From Deltaproteobacteria bacterium (lineage in GTDB: Bacteria; SAR324; NAC60-12), in contig JAYOTF010000051.1 in NCBI GenBank assembly GCA_038150265.1, forward strand, positions 1 through 16,411: a stretch of 16,411 bases of DNA. The letters are read 5' to 3'. Below, piece by piece: positions 1 to 7,238 of this stretch (positions are counted from its first letter, which is position 1; each line of letters begins with the position of its first letter). The translations under genes and the position numbers were made by a program. The notes under the pieces are model-generated. The model worked only from the letters and a program-made list of their open reading frames with translations, was not told the DNA's origin and ran no database searches.

Positions 1-1
1 A

Positions 2-109
2 CGTGACGAACGACCTCGGAGAGATGATCGGTTTCAGAGAGACGAGCGACCCCGGAGAGATGACCGCCCCCGGAGAGAAGACCGGTTCCAAAGAGACGAA
101 CGCCCCGCC
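2..109 (+). repeat. Degenerate 18-bp tandem repeat, 6 visible copies, encoding R-[DE]-[DE]-R-[PF]-[RQA]
   Basis: Units: cgtgacgaacgacctcgg / agagatgatcggtttcag / agagacgagcgaccccgg / agagatgaccgcccccgg / agagaagaccggttccaa / agagacgaacgccccgcc. Much of the variation is synonymous in frame 2. The array probably continues upstream. Confidence 0.85.
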
Positions 110-1387
110 GTCCCCCGGTTTGAGCGTGTCGATCTCCCTGAAGAGCGCCTGCGCCCCGGTCCCCCTACAGCCCTGGAGAACAAGGGCAAGCGTCGAGCCG
201 CGACTCAGAAATCGATCAAGGATCGCCTCCGGGGGCCCAATGCCGACTTGCTGCTGGAAGCCCTGAAGGTTCCGGCACGAGGCAACTCGCTGCGTCAGTG
301 GACCCATGGGTTCCACACCTATCCGGGCCGGTTTCATCCGCACCTGCCACAAACGATTCTGCAGGACCTCTCTCCAGAAACGCATCCGGTGGTGCTGGAT
401 CCCTTCATGGGAGGAGGCACGGTGCTGGTCGAAGCCCTGCTACGCGGGCACGAGGCCCTGGGGAACGACCTGAATCCGATCTCGCTGCTGGTTGCTCGGG
501 AGCGCACCCGGTGGATGTCCCGACGCAACGCCGAACGCGTTTGGGGGGCTCTGGAAGAAACACGCGACCTGGTCGAGGATCGGATGGAAGACAAGCGTCC
601 GCTCCGTCGCCCTTACACCGACCTGCTCAAGCCGCATCACCCGCCTCACCTGTTTGTGGAGCTGCTGCACTGGATTGAGGCCATTGACGCCCTTCCGGAG
701 TCTCCAGAGCGCGAAACCCTGCGGGCGGTCTTCTCGAGCCTGGTGATCAAGTTTTCCAACCGAAAGGCTGACACGTCCCTGGAAACCAAGGAGACGGCTT
801 ACCCCAAAGGCTCGGTCAGCCGCTGGATGATGGCCAAAACGCAGGAGCTGCTGGGCTTTCAGATGGCATTCGGAGAGGCCCTCCGGGAAAAGAAGCGGCC
901 TCAGCTGTTCAATGAAAACGTCCGGGAGCTGCCTTCCTTGCCCAATAACTCTGTGGACTGCATCATCACCAGTCCGCCGTACCCGGGGACCTATGACTAC
1001 TTCTTGCATCACGAACTCCGGATGCTCTGGCTGGGGCTCACCACCAGTCCCATGAAGCAAGGCGAGTTGGGCGCCAAACGCAACTTCACGCCCAAGCAGT
1101 GGAAGCAGGTGTTCCGGGAATTCATGACCGTTCTTCATCACCGGACGGTGCCGGATGGCCGTTGCTACCTCGTGATCGGGGACTGGCTGGATCACTCGGA
1201 CCGCATCAGCGGCATTGAGTTTGTTCGCCAGTACGGCCCCAGCACAGGCTGGGAGGTCGAAAGCGGGGCCTCGGCCAAGCGTGAGTTGTTTGAAGAAGAA
1301 CTCATTGAAGCCTTCGGTGAAGCAGGACGCTGGGAGCACCTCATCTTGCTGAAGAACCGCAAGAGCGCCCCGGACCCCACAACCTGA
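2..1387 (+). CDS. SAM-dependent amino-methyltransferase (alpha-class motif order, N4-cytosine/M.MvaI-like or Trm11-like), 5'-partial, with R/D/E-rich N-terminal extension
   Basis: Frame 2 is open from position 2 through the track's TTG start at 248 (RDERPRRDDRFQ...GPNADLLLEALK), so the true start is probably upstream of the window. Motifs: THGFHTYPGRF (motif X-like), VLDPFMGGGT (motif I, ~392-421), GNDLNP, and ITSPPY (motif IV, ~965-982). Confidence 0.8.
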   Translation, partial: RDERPRRDDRFQRDERPRRDDRPRREDRFQRDERPAVPRFERVDLPEERLRPGPPTALENKGKRRAATQKSIKDRLRGPNADLLLEALKVPARGNSLRQWTHGFHTYPGRFHPHLPQTILQDLSPETHPVVLDPFMGGGTVLVEALLRGHEALGNDLNPISLLVARERTRWMSRRNAERVWGALEETRDLVEDRMEDKRPLRRPYTDLLKPHHPPHLFVELLHWIEAIDALPESPERETLRAVFSSLVIKFSNRKADTSLETKETAYPKGSVSRWMMAKTQELLGFQMAFGEALREKKRPQLFNENVRELPSLPNNSVDCIITSPPYPGTYDYFLHHELRMLWLGLTTSPMKQGELGAKRNFTPKQWKQVFREFMTVLHHRTVPDGRCYLVIGDWLDHSDRISGIEFVRQYGPSTGWEVESGASAKRELFEEELIEAFGEAGRWEHLILLKNRKSAPDPTT

Positions 1388-1455
1388 TCCTTACTTTTTT
1401 TCCATTGGACGGCTCGCCACAACGGAGCTGGAAACCTTTGCCCCCAAGGTCGCTT

Positions 1456-2727
1456 ATGAATCGAGGCTCACTGAAAAAAGAATCCCGCATCTGGTTTGAC
1501 CGTGCCCTGATTGGCATGATCCTCGCGGATGGCCAAGTCGTGGAGCCAGAGAAGAAGTTGCTGGATCAGATGATCCGTCAAGATGATCCGGACCGTGAAC
1601 TGAGCGAGTGGGAGTACCTCAAGCGGTGCCTCGACTCTCGCAAGATTCCGGAGCTTCCGAACCTGGTGCTGGACGAGGAAACCGCCTGGGACCTCCTCCG
1701 GATGCTGGCGCTGGTGGCGGTGAGTGACTTCGACCTCGACATGCGGGAGGAGATGTACCTCTTTCAGCTCGGAGAGAAACTGGGATTCTCTCAGTCCATG
1801 ACCCGCTACACGCTGCAGTGGGCCCTGAGCATGACCGGACTGCGTCACCCCTCCTCCAAGCAAGGGGCCGCTCCAAAGCCTGATGCGGGCTCCTCTCCTC
1901 AGCTCATTGCGGTCCTGTGGCGCATGGCGCCGGCCCTCCGGGTGTCGGACCTGCTGAAGCAAGCCGCCCGCTTCCTCAAGGCGGCCAAGGCGTATTCACC
2001 CGACCTGGTCGTGTTCCCGGATTTCTTCAGCGATGCCTTCCTCCGACGCCTGAACACCCTCTCGGACGATGAACGCCAGGTGCTGCTGGGACGGAGCCTG
2101 ACACAGGTCCGGGAGTACCTCACCACCTGGGCCGAGCAGGAAAACCTCAACATTTACGCAGGGAACCTGCAGGTCCGGGAGTGGAAGAGCTACTTTGACC
2201 TGATGGTCCTTTGCCGCCGGGATGGCTCTTGGGAAGAGCGCGTCCATACCTCCATTGCCGCGCATGACGGCCTCCTCTGGCAACCAGACAGTGCGGTGCA
2301 CGTCCTCCGGACGGATCTGGGCTGCATCGGTGTCCTCTCGCACCACCCCGGAGACATTGATCCGCAGCAGGTGGTGGCCGACCGGAACCTCGACCTGTTG
2401 CTGGTGCCGCACTGGCCCAGCAGCGACCAGGAAGACAGCGCCCCCGTCCTGCAGCAGGAGATGCAGTTCTACTCCGTCCTCTCTGGGCAGATCCCCGATG
2501 AAAAGCACCGCTTTTCCACCGAGCATCCGGAAGTGGGCCTCTTCACCGAAACCGATGCCGTGTTTCCGCACCTGCAGCCTCCGCAAAATGAACGGGAGGC
2601 GGAGCTGTGTGCCACCCTCGATCTCGACCTCCTGCGGCAGTATCAAAACCACGAGGAGCTCCCTGTCGGAAATGTCTCTGACAACGTCCGCTTCTACCGG
2701 GTGAACTGGCTCACCCGGAACTCCTGA
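1456..2727 (+). CDS. TerB-like domain fused to a degenerate carbon-nitrogen hydrolase (nitrilase-fold) domain
   Basis: The N-terminal half has the two TerB half-motifs (LIGMILADGQVVEPEKKLL; LALVAVSDFDLDMREEMYLFQLGEKLGFS). The C-terminal half has nitrilase-fold landmarks (DLVVFPDFF, NLNIYAG, LCRRDG, TDLGCIGVL, DLLLVP, ATLDLDLL). ATG 1456, preceded by AAGGT, is preferred over TTG 1405. Confidence 0.75.
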   Translation: MNRGSLKKESRIWFDRALIGMILADGQVVEPEKKLLDQMIRQDDPDRELSEWEYLKRCLDSRKIPELPNLVLDEETAWDLLRMLALVAVSDFDLDMREEMYLFQLGEKLGFSQSMTRYTLQWALSMTGLRHPSSKQGAAPKPDAGSSPQLIAVLWRMAPALRVSDLLKQAARFLKAAKAYSPDLVVFPDFFSDAFLRRLNTLSDDERQVLLGRSLTQVREYLTTWAEQENLNIYAGNLQVREWKSYFDLMVLCRRDGSWEERVHTSIAAHDGLLWQPDSAVHVLRTDLGCIGVLSHHPGDIDPQQVVADRNLDLLLVPHWPSSDQEDSAPVLQQEMQFYSVLSGQIPDEKHRFSTEHPEVGLFTETDAVFPHLQPPQNEREAELCATLDLDLLRQYQNHEELPVGNVSDNVRFYRVNWLTRNS

Positions 2728-2743
2728 ACCCCTGGAGCCGTGC

Positions 2744-2794
2744 TTGACTTTCCAGGCCGTTGCCGCAGAATGACTCTTTTTTTGTGTACAAAAA
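2744..2794 (+). promoter_or_regulatory. Possible sigma70 promoter for lpxA with a downstream inverted repeat
   Basis: TTGACT (2744-2749), 16-bp spacer, CAGAAT (2766-2771; weak -10), then TTTTTGT-GT-ACAAAAA (2779-2794) in an AT-rich patch. Confidence 0.35.
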
Positions 2795-2801
2795 CAAGCT
2801 C

Positions 2802-3566
2802 ATGACCACCATCCACCCGACTGCTATCATTGAAAACGGTGCCCAGATCGGAGAAGGCACCGAAATTGGTCCCTACTGCCACATTGGCCCTCAGGTCACG
2901 TTGGGACCCGGAAACCGCCTGCACTCCCATGTGGTCCTCAGTGGCCTCACCACCATTGGCGCCAAGAACGAGTTCTACCCCTTTGCCTCCATTGGCGCCG
3001 CTCCGCAGGACCTCAAGTACAAGGGGGAAGACACCCGGACCGAGATCGGCGAAGGAAACGTCTTCCGAGAATCCGTCACCGTCCACCGGGGCACGGTTCA
3101 GGGCGGTGGGTTGACGCGTCTGGGGAGCCATGGGCTGTACATGGGCTACGTCCACGTGGCACACGACTGCCTGGTTGGAGACCACGTCATCCTCGCCAAC
3201 TACACCGGACTGAGCGGGCACGTGTTTGTCGGCAACTACGTCACCCTCGGCGGACAAAACGGCGTGGCGCAGTTCCTCCGGGTGGGCGACTACGTTTACA
3301 CCGGCGCCGGCTCCCTGATCGACCGGGACATCCCCCCCTACACCACCGGGTGGGGCAACCGCTTCGAGGTCAAGGGCGTCAACATTGTCGGCCTCAAGCG
3401 CCGGGGCTTTGACAATACCGCCATCCGGGACATCCTGGAAGCACACCGGATCTACTTCCGGGCCGACCGCAAGCACGATGAGGCGCTCAAGATTCTGGAG
3501 GAAACCTTTGGGGATCAGCCGGAGATTCGCCGGTTCCTCGACTTCCTCGCCAAAAACGACCACTAA
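2802..3566 (+). CDS. lpxA: Acyl-ACP--UDP-N-acetylglucosamine O-acyltransferase
   Basis: IHPTAII start, hexapeptide left-handed beta-helix repeats, PQDLKYKGE, FRESVTVHRGT, HVAHDC (catalytic His), LSGHV, DIPPY, GVNIVGLKRRGF. ATG 2802 fits the family N-terminus better than TTG 2760. Confidence 0.96.
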   Translation: MTTIHPTAIIENGAQIGEGTEIGPYCHIGPQVTLGPGNRLHSHVVLSGLTTIGAKNEFYPFASIGAAPQDLKYKGEDTRTEIGEGNVFRESVTVHRGTVQGGGLTRLGSHGLYMGYVHVAHDCLVGDHVILANYTGLSGHVFVGNYVTLGGQNGVAQFLRVGDYVYTGAGSLIDRDIPPYTTGWGNRFEVKGVNIVGLKRRGFDNTAIRDILEAHRIYFRADRKHDEALKILEETFGDQPEIRRFLDFLAKNDH

Positions 3567-3599
3567 GGAACACCAAGGACCGTCGCCAAGGAAACACGC

Positions 3600-4670
3600 A
3601 TGGGCACCCTGGTCAAACGATTGGAAGAGCAGCTCAAACGGTACCTGCTTGAGCATGAGACCCTGAAGACGTGGCGAGAGTGGGCAGAGTTGATCCGGAA
3701 TGCCGGGTGTGACATTGCCCTCCCTCAGCCGGAAACCCTGTCGGACTCGAAGCGCCTGAGCTACACCGATTGGCTCCGACACAGCGAATCCGCCTTTGAG
3801 CCCTATCCGGATTGGAGCATGCGGGTCACGAATCCGGCCTGGCTGCACCGGTTTGACCTCAACCTGGTGCCTCAGGTGCTGCGGGACAGCCCGAACGCCA
3901 ACAGCAACCCGCTCGCCGACTTGGGGAACCTGCAGGTTGAGCTGGCGCGCTTGATCGACCAGATCCACGTCGTTCAGCAAAACATCGGAGGCAGCTCTCG
4001 CCGGGCTCCGGCTCCAGGCCCAACCCGACCGATGCCCCTTCCGGAATTCGACCGCCCCAGTCCGGCTCCCGTGATCTCCACGCAGTCTCTCGAAACCGAG
4101 CTGCTCCTCAAGAACTCCCGGGGCAAGCCTGCCGCCGCCCCCCCACCGGAGCCCGTTGAGGAGGCGTATGAGCCCGAGCTGGTTCCGCTCCGAGAGGCGT
4201 ACCTTTCGTTCAATGCGTGGTGCGCGCAATTTGAAGAGCTGCACATCCACCTTCAGGAGCTGCTCGACGAGCCCCTCCTGGTCCGGAGTGGGCACACCAT
4301 CTCCTTCCGGCAGTTCATGCACCGGCTTGGACGGCGCGTCGAGGATCCGGAGCGGCAGGTGCAGATGGAGCGGTACTTCAAGACCTTTGAACGCATGCGC
4401 GGACAGGGGGTGGACGTCAACCTGCCCGAGCCCACGCTTCCGGAACCGAAGAAAGAAGGTTTTGAAGCTCCTTCCGATTCCGAGTATCGTGATTTCAACA
4501 GCTGGCTGGTGTGGCTGCGGGATCAGGGGTACGACCCTTCGGAGTTTGCCTCCCAGTCCCTGGAGGTTCCCAGCAGTCACCGCATCTCCTTTCCCCAGTT
4601 CTGCCGGCGGCTGGAGCGGCGCCTGGATCAACCCGAGGCCTTCCGGCAGAAGCTGAACCTCAGCGACTGA
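3600..4670 (+). CDS. Hypothetical cytoplasmic protein with a Pro-rich linker and a duplicated 51-aa module
   Basis: 356-aa ORF with AAGGAA upstream, co-directional and tightly spaced between lpxA and pheS. The protein-level internal repeat supports this reading frame. No family recognised. Confidence 0.8.
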   Translation: MGTLVKRLEEQLKRYLLEHETLKTWREWAELIRNAGCDIALPQPETLSDSKRLSYTDWLRHSESAFEPYPDWSMRVTNPAWLHRFDLNLVPQVLRDSPNANSNPLADLGNLQVELARLIDQIHVVQQNIGGSSRRAPAPGPTRPMPLPEFDRPSPAPVISTQSLETELLLKNSRGKPAAAPPPEPVEEAYEPELVPLREAYLSFNAWCAQFEELHIHLQELLDEPLLVRSGHTISFRQFMHRLGRRVEDPERQVQMERYFKTFERMRGQGVDVNLPEPTLPEPKKEGFEAPSDSEYRDFNSWLVWLRDQGYDPSEFASQSLEVPSSHRISFPQFCRRLERRLDQPEAFRQKLNLSD

Positions 4671-4719
4671 GCCGTGATTCACAACTGGCAGGCGCTCCGC
4701 CTGACCTCACTTCTTACTG

Positions 4720-5754
4720 ATGGAACAGACCCCCATGCAAGCTCAACTTGACGCCCTGCACCAGCAGGCCCTTGACGAACTCCGTGCCCTTGAAACCGCT
4801 GATGCCCTCCCGGAGTGGTACCGCACCTACCTTGGCCGCAAGGGGAGGATGACGGAGGTGCTCAAGGGCCTGGGCGCCCTCAGCGCCGAGGAGCGTCCTC
4901 AGATGGGCAAGCTGGTCAACGAAGTCAAGGAACACCTGCAGCAGGCCTTTGACGCCCGGCAGGAAGAGCTCCGGCAGGCCAAGCTGCAGCAGGAGATTGC
5001 TGCGGATGCCATTGACGTCACCCTCCCGGGACGCAAGGTGCAGTCGGGGCACATCCACCTGACGAACCAGGTTCTGCGCAAGATTTACGGAATCTTCGGC
5101 GAGATGGGCTTTCAGGTCTATGAGGCGCCAGAGGTGGAAACCGACGAGCTGAACTTCCAGATGCTCAACATCCCGGAGTACCACCCGGCTCGGGACATGT
5201 GGGACACCTTTTGGGTCAATGACGAGGTGGTGCTGCGCACCCACACCTCACCGGGGCAGATTCGGGTGATGCGGGAGTCGTATCCGAACCCCATCCGCGT
5301 CATCCTGCCTGGCAAGTGCTACCGCTACGAACAGATCACCCCCCGGTCTGAGCATCAGTTTTATCAGGTGGAAGGCCTGGCGGTGGGAAAGAACATCCGG
5401 ATGACGGACCTGATTGGCGTCATGCAGGAGTTTGCCCGGAAGATGTATGGACAGGAGCGGCAGATCCGCATCCGGGGAAGCTACTTCCCCTTTACCGAGC
5501 CGAGTGTGGAAGTGGACATGAGCTGCACCTGCGACTTTGCCGGATGCCGGCTCTGCAAGTACACCGGCTGGCTGGAAATCGCCGGGGCCGGGATGGTCCA
5601 CCCGGTGGTCCTCCGGAATGGGGGATACGATCCGGAGGAGTGGACCGGGTTTGCCTTTGGCATGGGGGTGGAGCGTCCGGCCTTGCTCAAGCACGGCATT
5701 CAGGACATCCGCTACTTTTACAGCAACGACCTGCGTTTCCTGCAGCAGTTCTGA
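4720..5754 (+). CDS. pheS: Phenylalanine--tRNA ligase alpha subunit
   Basis: N-terminal coiled coil (YLGRKG), IDVTLPG, HPARDMWDTF, LRTHTSPGQ, FYQVEG, YFPFTEPS, GWLEIAGAGMVHP, GFAFGMGVER, DLRFLQQF. Alternative start at ATG 4735. Confidence 0.98.
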   Translation: MEQTPMQAQLDALHQQALDELRALETADALPEWYRTYLGRKGRMTEVLKGLGALSAEERPQMGKLVNEVKEHLQQAFDARQEELRQAKLQQEIAADAIDVTLPGRKVQSGHIHLTNQVLRKIYGIFGEMGFQVYEAPEVETDELNFQMLNIPEYHPARDMWDTFWVNDEVVLRTHTSPGQIRVMRESYPNPIRVILPGKCYRYEQITPRSEHQFYQVEGLAVGKNIRMTDLIGVMQEFARKMYGQERQIRIRGSYFPFTEPSVEVDMSCTCDFAGCRLCKYTGWLEIAGAGMVHPVVLRNGGYDPEEWTGFAFGMGVERPALLKHGIQDIRYFYSNDLRFLQQF

Positions 5755-5757
5755 CCG

Positions 5758-6204
5758 CTACGGAAGCGTCTCGACAAAGGAGACGATCTTCCAGCGCTCG
5801 TCTTCGCTGAGCATCTCCTTGAACGGAGGCATCAGGCTCTTTTGCGTGAGGGCTCCTTCCGAAATGCGCCAGTAGAGAAACGCCGAATCCACCATTGGCA
5901 TCCGGACCGCTCGAGCCAGGTTGGCGGGAGGGGGCTGCAGCGACGCGGCCACGGGGCCGTCCCCCTGTCCGGAGGCTCCATGGCAGGAAGCACAGTTGGC
6001 CTGATACAGCGCCTCTCCTTCTGCCAGGGTCGCCTCGTTCACGACCACCGGATTGACCTGAGACGCGTAGGCCTCCGGAACCGAGTGAGACGTCATCATG
6101 TGCCGCATCACCTGCCCCGGCCGAGGCAGCCAGCCGTCCACCCAGCCCCAGCCGGCGACGGCCATCATGACCACCAATGCTGCTCCTGCCATTTTGATTC
6201 CCAT
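5758..6204 (-). CDS. Monoheme c-type cytochrome (class I), exported or membrane-anchored
   Basis: Hydrophobic N-terminus, NP...GEALYQANCASCHGASGQGDGP...PPPANL, FLYWRISEG, distal Met in LMPPF, LSEDERWKIVSFV. Met/His-rich VMRHMMTSH segment precedes the heme domain. Confidence 0.92.
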   Translation of the reverse strand: MGIKMAGAALVVMMAVAGWGWVDGWLPRPGQVMRHMMTSHSVPEAYASQVNPVVVNEATLAEGEALYQANCASCHGASGQGDGPVAASLQPPPANLARAVRMPMVDSAFLYWRISEGALTQKSLMPPFKEMLSEDERWKIVSFVETLP

Positions 6205-6215
6205 GAGGTTGCTTC

Positions 6216-6689
6216 TTATTGATCCGGCATCATCGAATGCCGCAGTTGAATTTCTTGAGGCCAGAGCGACTTGAGGTACTGAATCACGCTGACGATTTCC
6301 TCATCCGTGAGCCGGCCCTCAAAGCCACGCATCGGTGAATCCCTGGCCACCGAGCCGTGCTTGACCGTGTTGAAGAGCATGCTGTTGGGGTGATGCCACA
6401 TGTGTCCGGTGCCATTTAACGCCGGAGCCAGGTACACCCCGTTGTCCTTGACCCCACCTTTGGGGGATCGAGGATCCTCTCCCACTGCGCCTTCGCCATG
6501 ACACGAGGCACAGTTTTGGTTGAAGAGTTCCTTTCCTTCGGTAATCTGAGCGGGCGTCGGAGGACTCGTCAGCGCCGCCTGAGCCGTCTCGGGGCCATCA
6601 AAAAAGTAAAATCCGCCGGCCAGCAGCAACGGCAGCAGCACCAGCCCCCACATCAGCGGGGACTCCTTGCGTTTGTTGGGTTGAGTCAT
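6216..6689 (-). CDS. Monoheme c-type cytochrome (class I) with HxWHH motif
   Basis: N-terminal hydrophobic helix, GKELFNQNCASCHG, APALNGTGHMWHHP, distal Met in SPMRGF, LTDEEIVSVIQYLKSLWP. Its stop lies 11 bp before the next cytochrome gene. Confidence 0.92.
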   Translation of the reverse strand: MTQPNKRKESPLMWGLVLLPLLLAGGFYFFDGPETAQAALTSPPTPAQITEGKELFNQNCASCHGEGAVGEDPRSPKGGVKDNGVYLAPALNGTGHMWHHPNSMLFNTVKHGSVARDSPMRGFEGRLTDEEIVSVIQYLKSLWPQEIQLRHSMMPDQ

Positions 6690-6746
6690 GAGATTCTGTT
6701 GAGTGAGTTGTGGATCAAGGCAAAGGCAATCAGCTCAATCCACGGC

Positions 6747-7067
6747 TCACAGCAACAGAACGCGGGTGCGCAAGAACAAGGGAGGGGAGGCTCCGGTCAG
6801 CAGCACCGGTTGGCAAAGGGAGCCCTTGAGCCGCACAGGCTCCGGAAGGCGAGGCAGCCGAGGGGAAACGGGGGCCTTGCTCTTGCTCAGGTGCGCTGTG
6901 GGTCCCGGAAGCACCGCCACGGAAAGCAGGCAGTCCTGATGCAGCACCTGCAGGCACCCCGGCATGGCACAGCTCGCGTGGGGAGGTTCCTGCGCCTGAG
7001 TCGGTCCCACGGCTCCCAAGGCGACCAGAATCAGGCTCCACCCGATGAGATGAAGAGAAAAGCGCAT
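6747..7067 (-). CDS. Small exported Cys/His- and Pro-rich protein; putative metal-sensing leader peptide (reminiscent of DUF2946/CutF/CruR)
   Basis: Signal peptide ending ...PTQA, then HASCAMPGCLQVLHQDC, a Pro-rich linker and C-terminal GASPPLFLRTRVLLL. It is the first ORF after the minus-strand promoter and lies 57 bp upstream of the cytochrome genes. Confidence 0.65.
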   Translation of the reverse strand: MRFSLHLIGWSLILVALGAVGPTQAQEPPHASCAMPGCLQVLHQDCLLSVAVLPGPTAHLSKSKAPVSPRLPRLPEPVRLKGSLCQPVLLTGASPPLFLRTRVLLL

Positions 7068-7106
7068 CCGTTTGCTCGTTAAGGAAAGCTCCAGTTCAGG
7101 ACCATC

Positions 7107-7135
7107 ACCTTATACCCTGCAGGGGTATCCGTCAA
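7107..7135 (-). promoter_or_regulatory. Sigma70 promoter with a CsoR/RcnR-family operator in the spacer
   Basis: The minus strand reads TTGACG (7135-7130), 17 bp, TAAGGT (7112-7107). The spacer holds the inverted repeat ATACCC-TGCAG-GGGTAT (7112-7128), matching the ATAC-C tract...G tract-GTAT pattern of CsoR-family operators. Confidence 0.8.
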
Positions 7136-7238
7136 GAAGGACCGCCTCAGCGGGCTTCCGGAACACTTCGCGCTTGCTGACCGTGCCGCCGCTTCGTCAG
7201 CACCCAACGCCTCAACCTTCTTTCAGCAGAGGAACCTC

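Noticed and set aside
2..109. Tandem repeats as a possible CRISPR array
   Set aside because: The 18-bp degenerate units abut with no unique spacers, are in-frame coding, and no cas genes are present.
3..266. 87-aa ORF in frame 3
   Set aside because: The repeat's variation is largely synonymous in frame 2, which is continuous with the methyltransferase, so frame 3 is a shadow.
248..2727. Methyltransferase plus TerB protein as a restriction-modification or anti-phage system
   Set aside because: No nuclease, ATPase or specificity subunit is recognisable, and the context is housekeeping with no mobility genes. It cannot be fully excluded without the upstream sequence.
2694..4682. 662-aa minus-strand ORF
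   Set aside because: It is antisense to lpxA and the repeat protein and has no motifs. Long antisense ORFs are expected in GC-rich coding DNA.
6498..7082. Alternative ORFs 6498..7082 (+), 6703..6939 (+) and 6730..7041 (-)
   Set aside because: They overlap the 6747..7067 ORF, which has a signal peptide, motifs and a correctly oriented promoter; these have none.
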